The notes under the pieces were generated by a model. The model worked only from the letters and a program-made list of their open reading frames with translations. It was not told the DNA's origin and searched no databases. From NCBI GenBank assembly GCA_021613535.1, contig CP075497.1, positions 7,130,001 to 7,194,000 on the forward strand: a stretch of DNA of 64,000 nt, in the 5' to 3' direction. Positions 52,833-64,000 of the stretch are shown here, in pieces; position 1 is the first letter of the stretch; every line of letters begins with the position of its first letter. A program made the position numbers and the translations under genes. The DNA comes from Adineta vaga (taxonomy: Eukaryota; Animalia; Rotifera).

Positions 52833-53981
52833 TCATTTACATCGAATAACACCTTCCTGAGTACATGTAACAATCAATCGACCATTTCGTGTCCAGATTC
52901 GACCAGAAGTCCAAGCTCGATTATTCATATGAATTGGACATTCTAATTCATACAATAACCAATCATCAGCACGTACACGTACTTTCGATGGAATTGGTGG
53001 AATATCTGGACTACGTCGAATTGATTTTATCGAATCTTTTTGTTGTTCTGATAGATTATTGTCAGTGGTTGTATCAAAATCAAAATCATCGTGAAACCAC
53101 ATTGAATGATCAAGTGATGCTTGCATTCGAATTCGAGGACTGTAACCATTGAGAGCATAAGGAAGAAAAGCACTCCCTAGTAAAACTCGATCACTACAAT
53201 AAGCTACAGCTGAACGATGTATATGTGAATAATCAGGTAGTGGATCTTTTGATTTCATCCAAACAAATTCTTTTGCTGGCCAAGTAGGTTTAGGTTCAAG
53301 AAGATCACGTTGATGACAATATCGTGCATCAATACGAGCAGGCATATAAAGTGCACTTTCGACTAATGGTTTAAGTTCAGGTTTCAAACGTTTATCTTCG
53401 AGAAGTTTGTGAATATGATCTTCTAAAGAAGGAAGATCTTCTGGTGGTGCTACATCTAAAATAAAAAATATTACATTAGTATTGAATGCATTTTTATATG
53501 TAATATAGAATTTACTTGTATGAGGTATAGGATATTGATGTTCCATATTTCCTTTTTCTTTTCGATGAAAATTCATTGAACATTGAAATACAATTCGATT
53601 GTCCTGTTTAGCAGTTACACTTCGTGTTTCAAATGATTTGCCATCACGTAATCGTGAAACTGTATATGAAATTGCTGAGGAATTATCAGCAGCAGTAAGA
53701 AAATATGAATGTAGACTATGTAAAGGATAATCTTTTGTCAATGTTTTTTGTGCAGCATATACTGCTGATCCAATAATTTGACCACCGAATACACTTTTTC
53801 GATTTGGAAAAACAAATAATGTTTCAGCAGGTTGAATAAAAACATCGGTCGAACTTTCAATGACTTTCAAAGTTTCATAAAGAGTTGGTCTATTCGATGA
53901 TAAATAACGGGAGATAATAATATTGTAGAGGGAACGATTTTTTAAAAGAGGCGACATGAAAAATCTTGATTTGACGATCAT
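52833..53981 (-). CDS. ACOT8: Acyl-CoA thioesterase II (TesB/ACOT8 family)
   Basis: VFGGQIIG, LHSLHSYFL, VSRLRDGKSFETRSVTAKQ, AYCSD, ASLDHSMWFH, DWLLYE, GRIWTRNGRLIVTCTQEGVIR; a 60-nt in-frame intron at 53456-53515. Confidence 0.92.
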   Translation of the reverse strand: MIVKSRFFMSPLLKNRSLYNIIISRYLSSNRPTLYETLKVIESSTDVFIQPAETLFVFPNRKSVFGGQIIGSAVYAAQKTLTKDYPLHSLHSYFLTAADNSSAISYTVSRLRDGKSFETRSVTAKQDNRIVFQCSMNFHRKEKGNMEHQYPIPHTSKFYITYKNAFNTNVIFFILDVAPPEDLPSLEDHIHKLLEDKRLKPELKPLVESALYMPARIDARYCHQRDLLEPKPTWPAKEFVWMKSKDPLPDYSHIHRSAVAYCSDRVLLGSAFLPYALNGYSPRIRMQASLDHSMWFHDDFDFDTTTDNNLSEQQKDSIKSIRRSPDIPPIPSKVRVRADDWLLYELECPIHMNNRAWTSGRIWTRNGRLIVTCTQEGVIRCK

Positions 53982-55392
53982 TTACTGTTCTATTTCAAGA
54001 ACATACAGAACCATGATATTGGACTTCGATCGTTCTTTTTCATTTTTTTTTCACTTAGTATAAAAGGGCTGTAGTTAAACACGTGGCCTTTTTTCTCGTT
54101 CTTATTTTATTTTTAAGTACAGGAAGAAAAATAGCTCATACACGTGGGTTTTGGTTGGCTGATATTTTGAGAGCGGTACAATCGCTGAGCCTGGGTTTAC
54201 GTAGAAATCAAATGCATCGAAGCTATGTTATACAAAAAGAAATCATTTTTAGTAGTCCTCCTAGAAGAATAGGTGACCTACTTGTCTGATTAAAAAGAAG
54301 TCATTTCCCATTATGCAGAATTCCTTTTGTGTCTATTATTATTTTCTGAAAGAAATATTTGAGAAAAATTAAAATATAGAAGTTTACGTATCAAACCAAA
54401 CCATCTCTATTTCATTATTAAGAATAAGCAATAAACTAGCACCAATGTTTTAAAAATATCTCTGATAATCACGGGTTTATTTATTATCATAGTATTTGAT
54501 ATAGAATAAATCCGATTTTAAATTCGCAGTGTTCATATTTTTATTGTTTTTCGACAAATCAACTGATACTGTGCTTCGTATTTTACTAAAACTCGAGTAT
54601 GAAGATTTAGAAGCAATACAAAATTCTACACTGATCTATTATTCATTAATATCAAGCCAATACTATTGCAACTCTTTGTCTTTTCTGTTATTTTCTCGAT
54701 TTGTTTTCTCTTGTACATTGTTGAGTCAAACACAAACACTCGTGAGATGATACTTCATCTAACAAAGTTATTTATTAAGAGTGTGACCTGATCATACATG
54801 TTTTTTTTTGTTTCTATTTGAATACTCCATGGAACTCAAGCCATTTCTTTACTAATAGATCTTTCCGAATGAATGACTATTAGATTATTTCGCTTCAGTA
54901 TGAAATGTACGAATCGACAACATCATTTTACTTCGTCATATCCTGTGTATAGCCATGAAGAGTGTGTGTGATATTAAGTGAAAATATATTCTATAAGTAG
55001 AAAAACAAACCACTATTTAATTACTTATAGATTTAGTTCGTGACGTACTTTTAAGACGCAAGAATAGTTAATGTTGTAACGTGTTTAGAGATTAGTTTCA
55101 CCCCATATAAACGTCTGAATTTACATGACTTATTTCTTACAAAAGAATCGAATGGATTTTCTATCGTTTTTCTTCTATTAAATCTGTTGAACAGATCAAG
55201 ACCATGGTGAAGTTTAATAATAGGACATTTCAATCAATTCTATTACTGTATCTATTATATCAAATATATATAGAATAGATAGCAAATTTTATTTACTTCA
55301 TTTCTTAGGAGAGAAACGAAGAAATATTTACATTATTATAAATATTTTCTCGAAACTCATTTTTGAAAATAAGATTTATTCACAAAAGTAAC

Positions 55393-55963
55393 ATGAATTT
55401 TACAACTGCATTAGTGAATAACAGTGTCACGATTTATTTGGATAAAACGACTACGTCAAAATATTCATCATCATATTGTTTTTCTTCTTTTGATTGTTTC
55501 GTTTGTATTTATTATTATCAATCTACCATTTACTCTTGCTTATATGTATACATCACAAATTAATCCATGAAGTAGAACGTTTTGTTCATTCTGGATTTAG
55601 TTTTATTATTCACTTAATATTATCAATTTATATCTATTGGCATTTGCAAGTATCGAACGAAATGGATTTGTCTTTTATCCTAGAATTTCATTGTTTTGTA
55701 CTATTTTGTATGGCTGAGTGTTAAGACATAAACATCCTCTAATGCAACAAAGATTCAAATGGCGACGAAACAAAAAATTAATTCTTCAACTTTGGGCATT
55801 ATCAAGTTTGTATTTAGCTATGTGGATGCCTTTGCAAATATCTGGATTGATTGATTTATATTGGTTACCAACGTTTTTACTTCAAGCTCAAATTGATTAT
55901 ACGTATTTGTTTCCATATATTGTTTTACTTAGTTTTCATTATAAAATGTGGAAAATTAGATAA
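55393..55963 (+). pseudogene. Rhodopsin-like GPCR remnant
   Basis: TM6-TM7-like FKWRRNKKLILQLWALSSLYLAMWMPLQI..YLFPY; upstream fragments are broken by frameshifts and stops, and the whole is too short for seven TMs. Confidence 0.55.
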
Positions 55964-57016
55964 CTAGCAACATACTCAAAAAAACAATTCAGTAAAATCT
56001 TGAAATTTCTCTGATCCTGTCGATACAATAAAAGATTACCTATGTCAACAAGAAAATATGTTTTTTTTCTCGTTTGATGAATAATAAACCTTAGGTCGAG
56101 ACGATTGTGATATACGTCATATTTAGAATTTCTATACTTCCGACAATGTCTGCACTCTATCAATCGTAATATCATGCAGAAAATATTAATCATCGGCATT
56201 ACAAAGACGGTTTTATTGATTAGGAAAAAAAGTCCAGAGATATTATAACTATTCGACGAGGAATAAAACGATAATCTCTTTATAAGAAGATATTCAGAAC
56301 ACGTAAATTTACTCTAATTAAGTTTTACATTAGAAATCAGCAACGTACTGCGCACGATTTCATCTCAATATAATCTTCCTAATAGATTAATGTATATGTT
56401 ATTTTCATAGACTTTCATGTATTACAATGATGAACTATGACATTGAAATAATTTCTCATTTAAAATGAAACTTAAATTTATTCACAAGAAAAGAGAGAAA
56501 TCTAGACGAAGGAAAATATTTTTAGTTGTCAGTTGTATGACGACTGTTATAATTGAATAAGTTATGCGTAAATCATCACTTGTCTTCTCGATCATAATTG
56601 AATCAGATCTAAGAGAACCGCTACTGCCGGTTCAAGCAACGTATACAAATAGAAGACAACGAGAGAAAGAAAAGAGTAGAGGAAATCTAATCGCTCGACT
56701 ATGAACCATCGTATTCGTTCCTCGTTTCAGCTTTCTCTTTCACTAGAAAAACGAGTGTCAACACATTGTTTTGTCAGCTTAGCGACTTGCTCTCAAGCAA
56801 GAACACAAGTCTACATCGATAAAATTGATGAAGGAAAACGCAGCATATATTCAACTGATTTCTTCTTCACTTGATCAACATCTCTCTCTTCTTTTGTCTG
56901 TCGATTATTTTGTAGATAATTGTTGACAACGAGAAAAGAATAAACAGATGTGTCATTATACAAATCATGAATGTTTATACAAATATCAAATTTAATTGAA
57001 CATTTAATCATATCCA

Positions 57017-57988
57017 ATGCCATGTTCTTGGTATTGTTGTATTGTAAGTAAACGATCAATTGATACAAAATAAATAATATTATTGTAACTTTTCTTTTAT
57101 ATTCTCTGTCCCTTATAATTACAATATCGTTTGTTGTTTATAGTATCGATGTTGTTGTTGCCAATGTAAGAGAAATATTGGTGGATTGGAGAATGGTCAT
57201 GGTGGAAATAAATCTCCTGGAAGACAATGGGATAGTTATTTAGATTCACGTTATGATACATTAACTGGCTCTTTGATTGTTGCATGGGAAGAAAGTGAAA
57301 CATGTGTCGAATACATTCATCGATCTCTTCATATCCTCAGTATCAGTAGTAAGAATTTGAATTTCAAAGAAAATTAATAATATTTTTTCATCAAATTCTA
57401 GTTCCTATTATCCTTGTCGAAATCGTTATGGTGCTTGTTTTTGGTTTAATGTTTGTATTTGGTTAGTAATCATTTATTTTTTCCTTTCTATAATCATTGT
57501 ATATATTCTTCGAATTAGGATGTAAATATTCAAATGAATGTCCAAAACAACCTTTGCTAATTATCTATCATCTTATTGGTGGTGGTGTTGGTTTCTTTTT
57601 TTGGTTATGGCTTATGTTGCGAGCATTACGTCGAAGACGATTAGAATCAGGTCTTGAAGATGATGATGATATTGATTATGATGCAAATGTCGCCGATAGT
57701 TCTGGTGGTCAAAGACTTAAAGATAATGGTATTTGGTTTATGGAATTATTAGCATTTATTTTTCTTCTCATCGCTTTCTCAATGGGAAACTACTGGACAT
57801 GGTCCATTTTTTGGCCAGCAAACGATATGACTGAAACTCAACCAATCGATTGGTGTAATCATTCTCTGTATATATTTTCCTTAGTTTCACTTGGTATTAT
57901 CTATATTCTTACAATATTTATTTTATTATTCACCTTTTCATTTATTATCTTTGCAAGATATTGTGCTCGTGTTTTAATTCATGAATGA
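57017..57988 (+). CDS. TMEM272-like four-TM protein with Cys-rich N-terminus
   Basis: Spliced model MPCSWYCCIYRCCCCQCK..FGCKYSNECPKQPLLIIYHLIGG..FLLIAFSMGNYWTWSIFWP..WCNHSLYIFS. Confidence 0.75.
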
Positions 57989-58901
57989 ATAAAATTATTT
58001 GATTAAATCTTTAAACATTTATTGCATATGAATAATTATAAGATATGGCAAAAGAAGAAAAAAAAGAAAAGTTTAGATTTCTTTTTCTGAATCAGTTTCT
58101 TTTCAGACGAAAGCAGCAATTCCTATATAACGTGTCTTTATAGATTTTGATAGATCTTTTCAATTATTAATTATGTTTAATACGAAAAGAAAAGACAATC
58201 ATGACATGAATGACAATTGTTAGTGAGAAAAAACTGAAATATTGCTTTGAAAAGGTTGTTGTGCTTCCGGACCTTGATTATTCTATAGAGAAAGAAATGA
58301 CAAAGCTTTTACTTTCAAAGGTAAAGCAATTTATTATTTTAATATATAAAAATGTTGGCAAAGTACGGAAAGATTGATTGATGAAAGTATAACCTCAAGA
58401 CATATTAATGTAAAGTACACATCTATCAAATCAATATTATAGTTCGGTCTAAATTTGCAATTTTACACCATCGATAAGTACTGTTGAGATATATTGACTA
58501 TTTTTTTTCTTAAGAGTAGTAACCGTTTTACATAATTACTACAAAGCTTCATAATGGAATATTGCAATTTGATTTCGATAGATGGAGCTTGTTTGTGATA
58601 GATCATTAAGTGTACTCTTATCGAAAAATATTCTTTTATAATTTTTCTCTATTAATTTTTATTTTGTTTAGAATAATTAGTTCTAGTAAAGTAAAATGCA
58701 CTGAAAATCTTTGCATCAACAATCGTAACTCATGAAATCGGATAGGAAATCCATGATATACCATGTGTTCTTCCAAATTCTAGTTGTAATAATTTATAAA
58801 CAAATCAGTCAAGTTTTTAGTTTTAGTTACTATCATTGCATGAATATAATATTGATTGAATTTTTATTCTAGATCTCGTAAATAAAGTTTATCGAGTCAT
58901 C

Positions 58902-59600
58902 ATGAAGTAAAATAGCTTTGTAAGTTTTTTCTATCTTCACTAAATCAATCTTTATTTAGACTTGAAATTTGCAACTACAGTGGATATAAAATCTATCCTG
59001 GCCATGGCAAACGTGTTTGTAAAATTGACGGCAAGGTAAGTTAAACTTGTTTCTAGATGATAAGAAAGATAGATTTGATATTTTTTCGTCAAGGTACATA
59101 TCTATTTGAATTCCAAATGTCAACGATCGGCTGATATGCGTCGAAATCCACGTCGTGTTACATGGACTGTTTATTACCGTCGTAAACACAAGAAAGGTGC
59201 AGCTGAACAAGAAACTAAAAAACGTACACGTCGTACTGTTAAATTTCAACGAGCTATCACCGGTGTTACATGGAACGAGATTCTTGCTAAACGTAACCAA
59301 CAACCAGAATTTCGAAAGGCTCAACGACAAGATGCCATCAAGTATAGTTATTTCTCGATATATTCATTTGAAAATGACGTTTTAATTTGTTTTCAGTGCT
59401 GCTAAACAAGCAAAGAAGGTCAAAGCTCAACAAAAGAAAGTTACACAACCATCTGCTCTTAAGGTATGTAAATTTTTATTCAGATATATAATACCAATTT
59501 TTCATTTCGACTTTTCTAGACTGGTAAACCAGTGAAAAAACCAGAAAAGGTCCAAAAGAATGTTCCAAAAGCTGGTCCAAAGAAGGGCACACAACGCTAA
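58902..59600 (+). CDS. RPL24: 60S ribosomal protein L24 (eL24)
   Basis: [55 protein letters not shown]; four short introns. Confidence 0.97.
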
Positions 59601-60242
59601 ATCGTTTATCATTGTTTCGGCTGCCGCCCCGTTTTTCTTGCTTTATATTAGCAAACGTTGCGTGCATTCATTGATTGTATCTCTGTATATCTCATCTATT
59701 TTTTTCTACTGCATCATCATACAATAAGATGAAATAAACAGAGAACAAAAAAGAAGAAGATCAATTGAAATCTCATATTGATATATAAATAATAATCACA
59801 TGTTCAATTGAAACTATACTTCATACTAAAATAATTGAATAGTAGAAAGAACAATCGTATTTTTCTATATTCACAAATCATTTACTCATAGTTTATATAC
59901 ATAGCATTGCTCATAACAGAATAGACTAGTTTCATGATCAGTATTACATCAGTGACATTATTCATTATATATAATACTAAGGAATTTCTTGTTCAAAGGT
60001 TCAACATATGTATTATATAGCAAATTCTTTGTATATGTCATTTAAACGCTTAAATTTGTTGATCAATAAATTCATTTATTGAGGGTTCTCTATGCTGTTT
60101 ATTATTATCTCTTTTTCTTTTCGGACGTGAATAAAGAACAAGAAGAAGACGAAGAAAAAAAACTGTCTACGGCAAATACACACTGAATGATTGAAATGGG
60201 AGTAAAAAGAGCTATAATGTTTCGATTCGTTTGGAACTGTTC

Positions 60243-60864
60243 TTAACCAGGCAAAACACCAGGTGATTTCTGATCAAGTTTCTTTTGTTCTTCAGCACGT
60301 TCAGCTTCTTTTCTAGCTAAATATTCTGGTGACCATGAACCATATGGACCTGTATATTTTTTGATATCTTCTGATGATACTTTAACTTCTTTTTTAATAA
60401 TTTCTTTTGCTTGTTTTTCAATCGAGATATCGATTTGAGGATCTATGAAATAAATTTTCAGATAAAATGTTAAATCTACAAATTTTCTATTTACCTTTGA
60501 AATCGAGTTTTGGTACCGAAAGAAGATCTTCCGCTTCAGCACCATAAGCATTTTTCAATTTATTAAGTGTATCTTCGAGACTTTTGCGAACGTCAGGTGT
60601 CGCATCTACAAGACCATCTTTTGTTTGTCTAAGAAGAAAAACATGAAGAAGAATTATTAATTGGAAAATAGTCAAAGAAAACAAAACTTACTTTCGTTTT
60701 TCATTATATTCACGAATTTTATTGACAAACAATTGTTGAATTGGATCACTGGCTTGTTGTTGTTGCTTGGTTTGTTGGGCAACGCTTGCACTTAATGATA
60801 AATGCCGAGCAACAATGAAACCAAATGAACCACGCAATGATGAAGGAACACACCGGCTCAACAT
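60243..60864 (-). CDS. ATP5PF: ATP synthase peripheral stalk subunit F6 (coupling factor 6), mitochondrial
   Basis: Presequence MLSRCVPSSLRG..RHLSLSA, then DPIQQLFVNKIREY..GLVDATP..LNKLKNAYG..PKLDFKDPQID. Confidence 0.88.
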
Positions 60865-62178
60865 GATACGATTTCTGAAGAAAAAAAAAAACAAATCGAA
60901 ATTTTGTGTTTGAGATCAAAGTTGTTTTGTTTATCATCATCGTTCGTTAGAAATGTTGTTTTTTTTTCTCCGGAAAACCAATTGAAAATGTTGTTGCAAA
61001 GAGGGCGCTACACTATCATTTTCGATAGAGGGCTCGATAAAACGACACGTATATTAACTTGATAGTTTTTCATGAGAAAACAGATAAATTATTCGAATAA
61101 ATAATGTTATCGAGTTTGATATATTTTCAGATTCTCGAACAATGAAGCAATGAAGTAACAATACTGAAATCGTTCCATGTACGATTCACTAAACAAAACC
61201 TTTGTATCTTTAAAAAAATGAGAACATATCAGTGCAAACATGATACGATATATTTGATGTAGAATGTTACTGAAGTGTAAAAGTTTGATTAATAATTATC
61301 TTGATTAAAAAAAAGCGCTGTTGGCACCCTAAAAACATCATCTAATCAATGGTGAAATGTGGATATCACAGTTCGTAATTAGATTAGAATTTTATGTAAC
61401 TTTTCATTTATTCTCTTTTAGATAAGAAATTGTACTCGATCGTTCGTTCTTTTGATATCGTTTGTTAGTCTTATCCAATGGTCTTTCGAATAGAATGAGT
61501 CGAAAGTACATTTAAAGCTGTATGCGAATGACGCTTTTTGGGTACCTTTGATTCTTTTTTGTAATTCATTTTCATTCGCGAAGAAACAGAAATAGAATGA
61601 TACGAGTTCATTGTCGTAAATGATCTCGAACGACATGATAGATCATTCACATATAGAAAATTCATTATTCACTTCTTCTATCTTTAATGAGGTCTTCTAC
61701 GAGCTGTTTCTATCCTTTCGAAACGACGTTTTTCTCTTGCTTGCTTTCTTCTTATTCTTGTGTCTCGTGTTTTTTATGTCTATAGATACTTCCAATAAGT
61801 TCTTTCTCGGTTCGTTATTTTTTTGCTTCTGTCAATTGAGGAAGAAAGAAAGACACAGAGAGAGATAGTCAGATAAAATCGAATGAGAATAAGAATGTGT
61901 CTGTGCTCCTAGTTTCACCATGACCTTGCCTCATCTTTCTATTTTATCCAATGGCACAAGAGTGTTAATGTACGTCTATTCTTTTCTACAAGAACGAGAA
62001 ACTCTTTTATTCGGAATGAAAGAAGAGAGAGCGATGAAAACGTCCATCCACAATGATTAAATGAGCAGAGAAAAAATCCGAGCTTTTTTCTCATTTCATC
62101 CCGACAAGTTCATTTTTGTTTGAATAGAAAAGAATCATTTGTCAACTTTAATTTTCTTTTCCTAGTATTAATATTAAC

Positions 62179-64000
62179 ATGGATGTAAATACGATTGAAA
62201 AGAAAAAATATACAAGAGAAGAAATAGCACAACGGATTATCGATCATGGTGATTTACTTGTTATTTATTTTAATAAAGTTTATCGACTCAATGCTTGGAT
62301 TAAACATCATCCTGGTGGAGAAATGGTTATTTTACATATGGTTGGCAAAGTAAGATAAAAAGAAGAAAAGAAAGATAGATATGATAATAAAGTAATCATT
62401 TTTTTTCAGGATGCAACTGATGAAATAAATGCATATCATTCGGATCATGTTTTACGTACTAAATTACCATTATTCTATTTTGGAGATGTAGATGATCAAA
62501 ATGGTGAAGGTTTTAAATCTCTTATTGCTCCAATACAATATAATTGGCAACAAAGAGATATTAATAATAATCGGGTTCTAACACCTGAATCTTTATTATC
62601 TTTTAAAGATGAAAAAATGATACAAGAGACTAATGAACAGAAACATATCATTGAAGCTTATAGAAAACTTGATTATAAACTTCGTTTTCTTGGTAAAAAA
62701 AATCATAATCTATTCTTATCTAAACTACAATTTTCTAATTTTTCATAGGTTTATTTCAATGTAATTATTTGGATTATGCTCGAGAATGTATACGTTATTT
62801 ATTTCTTGCATGTTTGGCTCTTTATTTCTTCGTGACAGCAACGAAACCGTGGCACTATTACTTATCAGCTATATTTCTCGGTGCTTTCTGGCATCAGTTA
62901 ACATTTACCGCACATGATGCCGGTCATCTTGGAATTACACATTCATATCGTATTGATACGTTTATTGGAATGTTTATTGCTAATATATTAGGTGGAATAT
63001 CAATTGGTTGGTGGAAGTATCATCATAATATTCATCATATTGTCACTAATTCACCTGAACATGATCCAGGTGAGAAAATATGATAATTTCTAAAAGATAA
63101 ACACGTCATATGTCTCGACGTGTATTTCGTTAAAAGATTAATATAAATAATCGATATTCATTTTGACATGTTTTTCATTTTACAAGTGAATTGATGATGA
63201 TTATTAATGCATGTTTAGTTATGCATCGAATTCATAGATGATTACTAATGAGATCGAACATTTTCTTGAAATAAACTAATCAAGAATATAAGTCATACTT
63301 GATTCAATTCATAGATAATCTCTGTGAGTATTGGTAGAAATATTTACTAGAGAAAGTCTTAATTCAAATGTATTCGACGGTTTCTAGTCTGATAAAAACT
63401 ACTTTATATTGTTATAGAAATTTACACCATGTCATTTTATAACTGATTCTTTTAGACATTCAACATTTACCATTTTTTGCTATTACACCACGGTTTTTTC
63501 AATCGATTTATTCAACATATCATAAGCGAATTTTATCGTACACCTGGATTTCTGCGGCTATAATTCAATTTCAACATTTCACTTATTACATTATCATGTG
63601 TTTTGCTCGTTTTAATCTTCAAATTCAATCGTATATTTATCTTGTGAAACATCCGAGATCAGCCTATCGCTTTGTTGAATTTTGTTCATTGTTAATGTAT
63701 TGGTATTGGTATATACTCTTACTATCATATATTCCAACTTATACACAACGTTTCCTATATTTATTCATAAGTTATATGGTAACAATGCCATTACATGTTC
63801 AAATAACTTTATCACATTTTGGTATGTCAACTGAAGATTATGGTCCATGTGAATCCTTTCCATCTAAAATGCTTCGAACAACTATGGATATTGCCTGTCC
63901 AACGTGGTTGGACTTTTTCCATGGTGGTTTACAATATCAAGCCGTTCATCATTTATTTCCACGTATGCCAAGACATCACTTACGTCAAGCAAGTTATTTT
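62179..64000 (+). CDS. Cytochrome b5-fused delta-8 sphingolipid desaturase (fungal-type SLD); runs off the window end
   Basis: WIKHHPGG..ILHMVGKDATDEINAYH; His boxes HDAGH, WWKYHHNIHHIVTNSPEHDPDIQHLPFFA, QITLSHFGMST, LRTTMDIACPTWLDFFHGGLQYQAVHHLFPRMPRH. Confidence 0.9.

Noticed and set aside
52760-52835. Stop-codon readthrough creating a PTS1 on ACOT8
   Set aside because: The extension after TGA ends KINK*, not an SKL-type signal, and the TGA-CTA context is absent.
61340-61390. TATCACAG (miR-2-like seed) inside an imperfect TCTAATC/GATTAGA hairpin
   Set aside because: The stem is too bulged and the sequence beyond the seed does not resemble miR-2 family members.

Overview
This is eukaryotic, strongly AT-rich, gene-dense DNA with many ~50-65 nt GT-AG introns, so the ORF track captures only exon fragments and I rebuilt gene models by eye. 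Intron size, gene families (PPR-DYW, expanded nuclear receptors, B-box-like proteins, GPCRs) and intron-containing bacterial/fungal-type genes point to a bdelloid rotifer (inference, no search run). About 30 loci are supported: LTN1 3' end, RPIA, BUB3, TRAPPC6, an RRM protein, a Gly/Tyr-rich peptide, a SUEL-lectin/CUB receptor, a PPR-DYW pseudogene, GATAD1, TSNAXIP1-like, a bacterial-type FMN-binding general stress protein, a Dpr-like Ig protein, a PBZ-PARP-BRCT protein, MAP4K3/5, ELAV, MTG8/nervy, a frameshifted nuclear receptor, PEX2, a four-copy tandem family, ACOT8/TesB, TMEM272-like genes, RPL24, ATP5PF and a fungal-type delta-8 sphingolipid desaturase. Best leads: (1) two tandem 154-nt mutually exclusive exons that swap the first part of ELAV RRM2; (2) two operon-like clusters with 68-139 nt stop-to-ATG spacing and apparently unpaired splice acceptors just before each ATG, suggesting SL trans-spliced polycistrons; (3) a PBZx2-PARP-BRCT DNA-damage candidate; (4) putative HGT genes, one with an added mitochondrial-type presequence.
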